Of a DNA stretch of 64,000 bases, positions 58,581 through 64,000 are shown piece after piece. Position 1 is the stretch's first letter. Each line of letters starts with the position of its first letter. Position numbers and translations under genes: made by a program. This DNA is from Desulfobacterales bacterium. Lineage in GTDB: Bacteria > Desulfobacterota > Desulfobacteria > Desulfobacterales > UBA5852. Below the pieces are notes generated by a model. The model was not told the DNA's origin. It saw only the letters and a program-made list of their open reading frames with translations, and did not search any database. The DNA lies in the NCBI GenBank assembly GCA_963674755.2, contig CAXXVS010000003.1:1536001-1600000 (forward strand), in the 5' to 3' direction.

Positions 58581-59624
58581 CTATAACGACACGAGGGGTA
58601 GGGCGATCGCCCGTCCGGTCTGGCGGCTGCGGAACACGGCCTCGGTGAATTCCATATAGCGGACCCCGTCTTCAAAAGTAGTCAGCCGCACCGGCGTTGC
58701 GCCGCGAATGGAGTTGATAAAGTCTTCCTCCACCTGCCAATACCCTTCCTCTTCGGCGGGGATGACGATCTCCTGCAGCTGCGCATCGTCGCGGCGGCCA
58801 CCCAGGAGTTTGCCGTTTTCGAAGCACAGGGTCCCCTCCGTGCCGTAGAGACGGCAGCCGCTCGGTCCGGTGTGGCCTGCCGCGCGGGTCGAGCAGAAAT
58901 GGGCCTGGGCGCCGCAGGCCATATCGGCCAGGACGTCGATGTGTTCGGGGATGAGCACGGACTGCCGGGCCGTTTCGCCGTCCCGGGCGCGCAGCTTCAC
59001 GAAGGTCTTGCCCATGGCCATGACCCGGGTGGCCTCGCCCACCCAGCGCATCACGGCTTCATACCAGATGCCCAGCATCATCACGTTCAGACCGCTCAGA
59101 CGGAAATCCTGCCGCCAGGAGAAAGGCCCCTTGAGATCGAGAAACCCGCCATAGTCGCGGACCTCGATGGCCAACAGGTCGCCGATGAATCCTTCGGCCA
59201 GCAGGCGCTGGATGGTGCGGTCCACTTTCAAGGAAAAGGGGGAGGGCACCACCTGGGCCACCAGTTGCGGCCGGGACCGGGAGGCTTGCCGCATGTCATG
59301 GGCCTCCCGGGCGTTCATGGCCATGCGCGCCTCGCAGAGCACATGCTTGCCGGCCTCCAGAGCGGCCAGGGTGACCGGATGGTGCATATAAGGCCAGGTG
59401 CCGATGACCACGGCATCGATGTCCGGGGATGCCACCAGCCGGCGCCAGTCATCGAAAACCTGGGATATGCCGAATTCGGCCGCCACCGCCTCCGACGATG
59501 CCCGGCGGCGGTTGCAGACTCCCACAATGACGACATCTTCGATGGCCTGTAGCCCGGGGATGTGCTTGGCCCTGGTATTGCCCCCGGCCCCCACGATGCC
59601 GACGCGGATGGTATCGTTTTCCAT
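58581..59624 (-). CDS. Gfo/Idh/MocA family oxidoreductase
   Basis: VGIVGAG, DAVVIGT, GKHVLCEAR. Confidence 0.92.
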   Translation of the reverse strand: MENDTIRVGIVGAGGNTRAKHIPGLQAIEDVVIVGVCNRRRASSEAVAAEFGISQVFDDWRRLVASPDIDAVVIGTWPYMHHPVTLAALEAGKHVLCEARMAMNAREAHDMRQASRSRPQLVAQVVPSPFSLKVDRTIQRLLAEGFIGDLLAIEVRDYGGFLDLKGPFSWRQDFRLSGLNVMMLGIWYEAVMRWVGEATRVMAMGKTFVKLRARDGETARQSVLIPEHIDVLADMACGAQAHFCSTRAAGHTGPSGCRLYGTEGTLCFENGKLLGGRRDDAQLQEIVIPAEEEGYWQVEEDFINSIRGATPVRLTTFEDGVRYMEFTEAVFRSRQTGRAIALPLVSL

Positions 59625-59740
59625 ATGATCTCCCTTCGCTTTATGGGCTGCCAAAAGAAACCCCAGATGGGACACAGACAAAAATAAACTTTGGCCGACA
59701 AAGGTACATTTCGAGTCGGTGCCCCAATGGCTATTCAGAA

Positions 59741-60184
59741 ATGGTAGATTTGGGTATCAGGCAAGGCCGCAGGTGCTTTGGCGCCCGGAGGCGTAGCGAT
59801 GGCTACGTCGAGGACCGCCAAACACCGGGAACGCCGCCTGGACCAAAAGCTGTCATTGTACAAAAGCTCACTCCTGCACAGAGTGCCGGCGTGCAGGGGG
59901 TAGATTTGGGTATCAGGCCAGGCCGCAGGTGCTTTGGCGCCCGGAGGCGTAGCGATGGCTACGTCGAGGACCGTCAAACACCGGGAACGCCGCCTGGACC
60001 AAAAGCTGTCATCGTACAAAGCTCACCCCTGCACAGAGTGCCGGCGTGCAGGGGGTAGATTTGGGTATCAGGCAAGGCCGCAGGTGCTTTGGCGCCCGGA
60101 GGCGTAGCGATGGCTACGTCGAGGACCGTCAAACACCGAGAACGCCGCCTGGGGCCCAAAGATGCCCCCTGCACGCCGGCACTA
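59741..60184. repeat. Three tandem ~155-156 bp copies of a palindromic REPIN/MITE-like unit
   Basis: GGTAGATTTGGGTATCAGG starts at 59743, 59899 and 60054; last copy closed by AGTGCCGGCGTGCAGGGGG / CCCCCTGCACGCCGGCACT. Confidence 0.92.
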
Positions 60185-60997
60185 GCCGAGGGCGACGTCC
60201 AACGTCATCATCACCGCAAACCCGCACATGGCTCCCATGGTGGCCGCATCCGTGTTCTTTTCCAGCTGGGACTCCGGGATCAGCTCTTCCACCACCACGT
60301 AGATCATGGCGCCGGCGGCAAAGGCCAATGCATAGGGTAGAATAGGCCGCATAAAGACGACGGCCAACGCCCCGATCACGCCGGCGATCGGCTCCACCAC
60401 GCCGGAGGCCTGACCGTACCAGAAACTTTTGAGACGCGAAAAGCCTTCCCGGCGCAGGGGAACGGAGACGGCCGCACCTTCCGGAAAGTTCTGGATGCCG
60501 ATGCCCAGCGCCAGGGCCACGGCGCCGGCCAAGGTGGCGGTGGGGATATCGGCCGCCAGGGCCCCGAAGGCGACGCCCACCGCCAGCCCCTCAGGGATAT
60601 TGTGCAGGGTAATGGCCAGCACCAGAAGCACGCTGCGGCGCCAGCTGGTTTGGAGGCCTTCGGCATCTTCGTTGGGAAATCCCAGGTGGAGATGGGGCAG
60701 GACCTTGTCGACGCCCCACAGAAAGATGCCGCCGGACATGAAGCCCACCGTTGCCGGCACCCAGGCCGGAAGGTTGCCGGATTCTTCCGCCATGGCGATG
60801 GCGGGGGCCAGAAGGGACCAGTAGCTGGCCGCGATCATCACTCCGGCGGCAAAGCCCAGCATGGCATCCAGCAGCTTACGGTTTATGGTTCGAAAAAAGA
60901 ACACCACACCGGCCCCCAAGGCGGTGACAAACCAGGTAAACAGGGTGGCCAGTAAAGCTTGCCAAATGGGGTTTACGTCTATGAACCATTGCCACAT
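60182..60997 (-). CDS. ZIP family (ZupT/GufA) metal transporter
   Basis: [35 protein letters not shown]. Confidence 0.95.
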   Translation of the reverse strand: MWQWFIDVNPIWQALLATLFTWFVTALGAGVVFFFRTINRKLLDAMLGFAAGVMIAASYWSLLAPAIAMAEESGNLPAWVPATVGFMSGGIFLWGVDKVLPHLHLGFPNEDAEGLQTSWRRSVLLVLAITLHNIPEGLAVGVAFGALAADIPTATLAGAVALALGIGIQNFPEGAAVSVPLRREGFSRLKSFWYGQASGVVEPIAGVIGALAVVFMRPILPYALAFAAGAMIYVVVEELIPESQLEKNTDAATMGAMCGFAVMMTLDVALG

Positions 60998-61212
60998 GGG
61001 ATCGTTTTCCTCCGCTGGGTGATCATATGGCCGGGCTTACGTGGCCGGGCTTACGCTAAATTCTGAGAATGGAATGACAGTCGGATGCGACAACGGGATT
61101 GGACCGTGTTCTTATAAGGTAGTGCAGAACCACCGGCATTGGCAAGAGCGGATCGGCGAGTAGGATGCTTCGTCCGGCCGGCCCATCCCACCGGAACCGC
61201 GCCCGCGGCAGG

Positions 61213-61875
61213 CTATGCGTCCGGATGGGCCGTAAGGAAGGGGAGCGAGGACGGAATGGTGTCGTGATCAACAACGTGCACGGCCTGCATTCCGCACCTC
61301 CGGGCCCCGGATACATTTTCTTCGGCGTCATCGAAGAATAGGACGTTCTCACAGGGTTGACCGATGGATCGGGCGACCTGGCGATAGACTTCGGCATCGG
61401 GTTTGCGAAATCCCATGCGCGAGGATACGAAAATTTTTTCAAAATAAGACAAAAGGTCCCGGTGCGCATCGCGCCACACGATTTCGTGTTCCGGATTGGT
61501 GTTGGTCAGGATATACAAGGGATAGTGGCGGGATAGGCGTCCAAGGCAATCGCGGATGCCGGGTTTCTCCCCCTTAATAATGGTGTTCCATCCTTCGCGC
61601 ATGGTCTCGTCGGGCAGGTCGATTCCCAGCATCCGGCGCAGGGCGGCATAGTAATCGGAAGCCGTCATGCGGCCGCATTCAAAATTTTGATAGGCCTTGT
61701 CGATACGAAAGCGGGCGGCGAGGGTTTCGGCCGGAGTGCCGGACCGGTCGCTCCAGAAGCGGGCGCAGCGATAGAAGTCGACATCGATCAGGACGTTTCC
61801 GAGGTCGAACAGAATGGCGCTAATGCCGGAAGGAACGGATGAGGTCTTTTTCTCCATGAGGGGGCTGGCTGGCAT
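61213..61875 (-). CDS. HAD-family phosphatase (YihX-like)
   Basis: FDLGNVL, LTNT, KPD, FFDD..N. Confidence 0.9.
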   Translation of the reverse strand: MPASPLMEKKTSSVPSGISAILFDLGNVLIDVDFYRCARFWSDRSGTPAETLAARFRIDKAYQNFECGRMTASDYYAALRRMLGIDLPDETMREGWNTIIKGEKPGIRDCLGRLSRHYPLYILTNTNPEHEIVWRDAHRDLLSYFEKIFVSSRMGFRKPDAEVYRQVARSIGQPCENVLFFDDAEENVSGARRCGMQAVHVVDHDTIPSSLPFLTAHPDA

Positions 61876-61923
61876 TCCTTATCCTGTGTGAAATGTGCCG
61901 GGAAGCGTCTCGGCAATCACGGA

Positions 61924-63069
61924 CTAGATGATTTTGTTCTTGGCCAGGCGATCGATTTCTTCCGCTTTATAGCCCAACTCCCGCAATAGCGAAACCGTAT
62001 TCTCCCCGAAGCGCACTGGCCGGCTGCGCAGTGATCCGGGCGTCCTGCTCAGCTTGACGGGCGTCCCGATGGTGGGGACCGGCTGGCCGTTGGCATTCGG
62101 GAAGTCGCGGACCATGTCCCGTTGGATAAAAAGATCGTCCTGCAGGGCCTCCTCCAGACGGTGCACCCCGCCGCAGCAGATGTCCAGCCCGGCCATGTCG
62201 TGCTCCCATTCCGCCAGGGTTCGGGTACGGAATTTTGCTCCCAGGGCGGCAATGACGGCCTCCCGTTGCGTTTCGTCGTATTGCAGCGGAATGAATTCCG
62301 GACAGTCCAGAAACCGGCAGAGCTGCTCCCAGAAGCGGGCCTCCACGCATCCCACCGATACAAACCGTCCGTCTTTGGTTGCGTAGGTATTGTAGCAGGC
62401 GTAACGGTGGGAGAGCATACTGTCGCCCCGCTCCGGCAGCGCGCCCAGGAGCTGTTTCATCAGCAGGGCCACGGGCATCATGGCCAGCATGGTATCGGTC
62501 AAGGCGACATCGATGTACTGCCCGCGGCCGGTGCGCTCCCGGCTGAAGAGGGCCAGCAGGATGCCGATCACGCCGTTTACGGCCCCCACGATATCGGCAA
62601 TCTGGATACCGGGGATGGCCGGCGGCCGATCTTTGTAGCCCATGATGTCCAGCACGCCGGCCCGGGCCAGATAGTTGACATCGTGCCCGGCGCGGTCCCG
62701 CAGGGGCCCGGTCTGGCCGAAGCCGGTCAGCGAGCAGTAGACGATATCCGGCTTGGCCGCCTGCACCGTGGCGTAGTCCACCCCCAGGCGCTGGACCACC
62801 CCGGGGCGAAACCCCTCGATGACCACGTCGGCCTCCGCAACCAGCTGGAAGAAAATTTTTGCGCCTTCCGGCGTTTTGAGGTCCAGGGCCATGTGCTCCT
62901 TGTTGCGCATGATGGTGCTCACCATGAGCCCCTCGGCTTCATAGCGGCGGTCTTCCAGGTTGATCACACGGGCGCCGTGGTCGGCCAGGATCATGGAACA
63001 ATAGGGGCCGGGCAGCAGCCGGGAGAGGTCGATCACTTTGATACCTGCTAAGGCACCCTTGTTTGACAT
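61924..63069 (-). CDS. CaiB/BaiF family III CoA-transferase
   Basis: DLSRLLPGP, RNK, EGFRPGV, GHDVNY. Confidence 0.94.
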   Translation of the reverse strand: MSNKGALAGIKVIDLSRLLPGPYCSMILADHGARVINLEDRRYEAEGLMVSTIMRNKEHMALDLKTPEGAKIFFQLVAEADVVIEGFRPGVVQRLGVDYATVQAAKPDIVYCSLTGFGQTGPLRDRAGHDVNYLARAGVLDIMGYKDRPPAIPGIQIADIVGAVNGVIGILLALFSRERTGRGQYIDVALTDTMLAMMPVALLMKQLLGALPERGDSMLSHRYACYNTYATKDGRFVSVGCVEARFWEQLCRFLDCPEFIPLQYDETQREAVIAALGAKFRTRTLAEWEHDMAGLDICCGGVHRLEEALQDDLFIQRDMVRDFPNANGQPVPTIGTPVKLSRTPGSLRSRPVRFGENTVSLLRELGYKAEEIDRLAKNKII

Positions 63070-63483
63070 GCAGTCTCCGGATTAGGGGTTAATAGCACTC
63101 GGACACGGATGGACTCGGATCTTCACGGACCGAAACCATTTTCACCGCGAAGAACACGAAGGATGAGAAGAAGGCCAATTGCTTCCTTACAAAGCGATTC
63201 GCGGTAATGGAAAATTGATTTCGACCGTCTGCGTGCCCCTGATGGCGGGCATGTGTCAATTTTGATATACCCTTGGATGTTCTTCAAGAGAAATCTTTTT
63301 TGCGTTGAGACGCTTCGCGCAGGGGCTGTCCGCGCCACTCGCCGGCCTTTATGTGTTTTTAGCCGTTCGGCAAGGCCGGTAAATGCCTTTGACAAGCCAT
63401 TTGTTTTTCCTTAAGCTGCCCAACTTGACCGGCCCGGCCGCGCCACTGGCAGCGGCCGGCCACGATTGGCGGAAAGCTTTGCC

Positions 63484-64000
63484 ATGGCCCGAGCACCACA
63501 AACGGTTCACCTGCCGGATTCCCCCCTGGGCGTCGTCTGGGCGACAACGGCCTTTATGATCTGGGGCTTGAGCCCGATCTACTGGAAATCTCTGGCCAGC
63601 GTGCCGGCCTTCGAGATCCTGATGCACCGCATGATCTGGTCGTTCGTTTTTCTGGCCCCCCTGGTCCTGTCCCTGGGGCATTTCAACGACTTCCTGAAAG
63701 CCCTCACCACCGGCCGCACCCTGCTGATCTTAACCGCGACCACCCTGATCGTGGGCTTCAACTGGTTTTTGTTTATCTGGGCCATCAACAGCGGCCATAT
63801 CCTGCAGACCAGCCTGGGGTATTTTATCACGCCCCTGGTCAACGTGCTTCTGGGCGTTGTCTTTCTCCGGGAACGTCTGCGCCGGCTGCAACTGGCGGCG
63901 GTCGGCCTCGCGGCCGTGGGGGTGGCTTATCTGGGCCTGAGCTACGGCCTCTTCCCCTGGGTATCCTTGGCCCTGGCCTTCAGCTTCGGTTTCTACGGCC
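63484..64000 (+). CDS. rarD: RarD (EamA family) transporter, runs off the window edge
   Basis: Manual translation: IWGLSPIYWK..EILMHRMIWS..NWFLFIWAIN..SLGYFITPLVNV..RERL. Confidence 0.9.
   Translation, partial: MARAPQTVHLPDSPLGVVWATTAFMIWGLSPIYWKSLASVPAFEILMHRMIWSFVFLAPLVLSLGHFNDFLKALTTGRTLLILTATTLIVGFNWFLFIWAINSGHILQTSLGYFITPLVNVLLGVVFLRERLRRLQLAAVGLAAVGVAYLGLSYGLFPWVSLALAFSFGFYG

Noticed and set aside
59741..60184. CRISPR array
   Set aside because: Units are ~155 bp and near-identical throughout; there are no unique spacers and no cas genes
61028..61055. 14-bp perfect duplication TGGCCGGGCTTACG x2 upstream of the ZIP gene
   Set aside because: Only two copies; probably slippage, with no evidence of function

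Overview
GC-rich chromosomal segment, most likely from a sulfate-reducing Desulfobacterota (Desulfobacterales-like) bacterium; the taxonomy is inferred from gene content only. Left to right: partial HD-GYP gene; lysE; AOR plus ferredoxin-like partner; fba; an AT-richer ~8 kb run of short co-oriented accessory genes (GNATs, LysE, PhzF, NIPSNAP, PfpI, two gene remnants); a sulfur-handling cluster (MarR, DsrE2, TusA, DsrM-like, DsrK/HdrD-like, FadL-like porin, rhodanese-MBL); a ~19 kb phosphate-starvation locus (pstC-A-S-B, phoU, phoBR); a Ser/Thr kinase region with two M1 peptidases; a metal-homeostasis cluster (TerC, DtxR/MntR, feoAB, ZIP); a CoA-transferase; partial rarD. The main candidate for an undescribed system lies inside the Pho locus: a translationally coupled operon of an 807-aa protein with carboxylate-amine ligase (GCS/GS-fold)-like motifs, a phosphatidylserine decarboxylase-like enzyme and a divergent Lgt-like transferase, converging on a PHP-glycosyltransferase fusion, a radical SAM enzyme, two microproteins and DedA. 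These units carry the same 11-bp-period YTAAC repeat found upstream of pstS, pstC, phoU and phoB, suggesting a PhoB-controlled phosphorus-free membrane lipid pathway. A structured repeat family sits on TAG stop codons at two loci and shows compensatory stem changes. No rRNA, tRNA, CRISPR array, integrase or transposase was seen. All calls are by-eye motif recognition; no searches were run.
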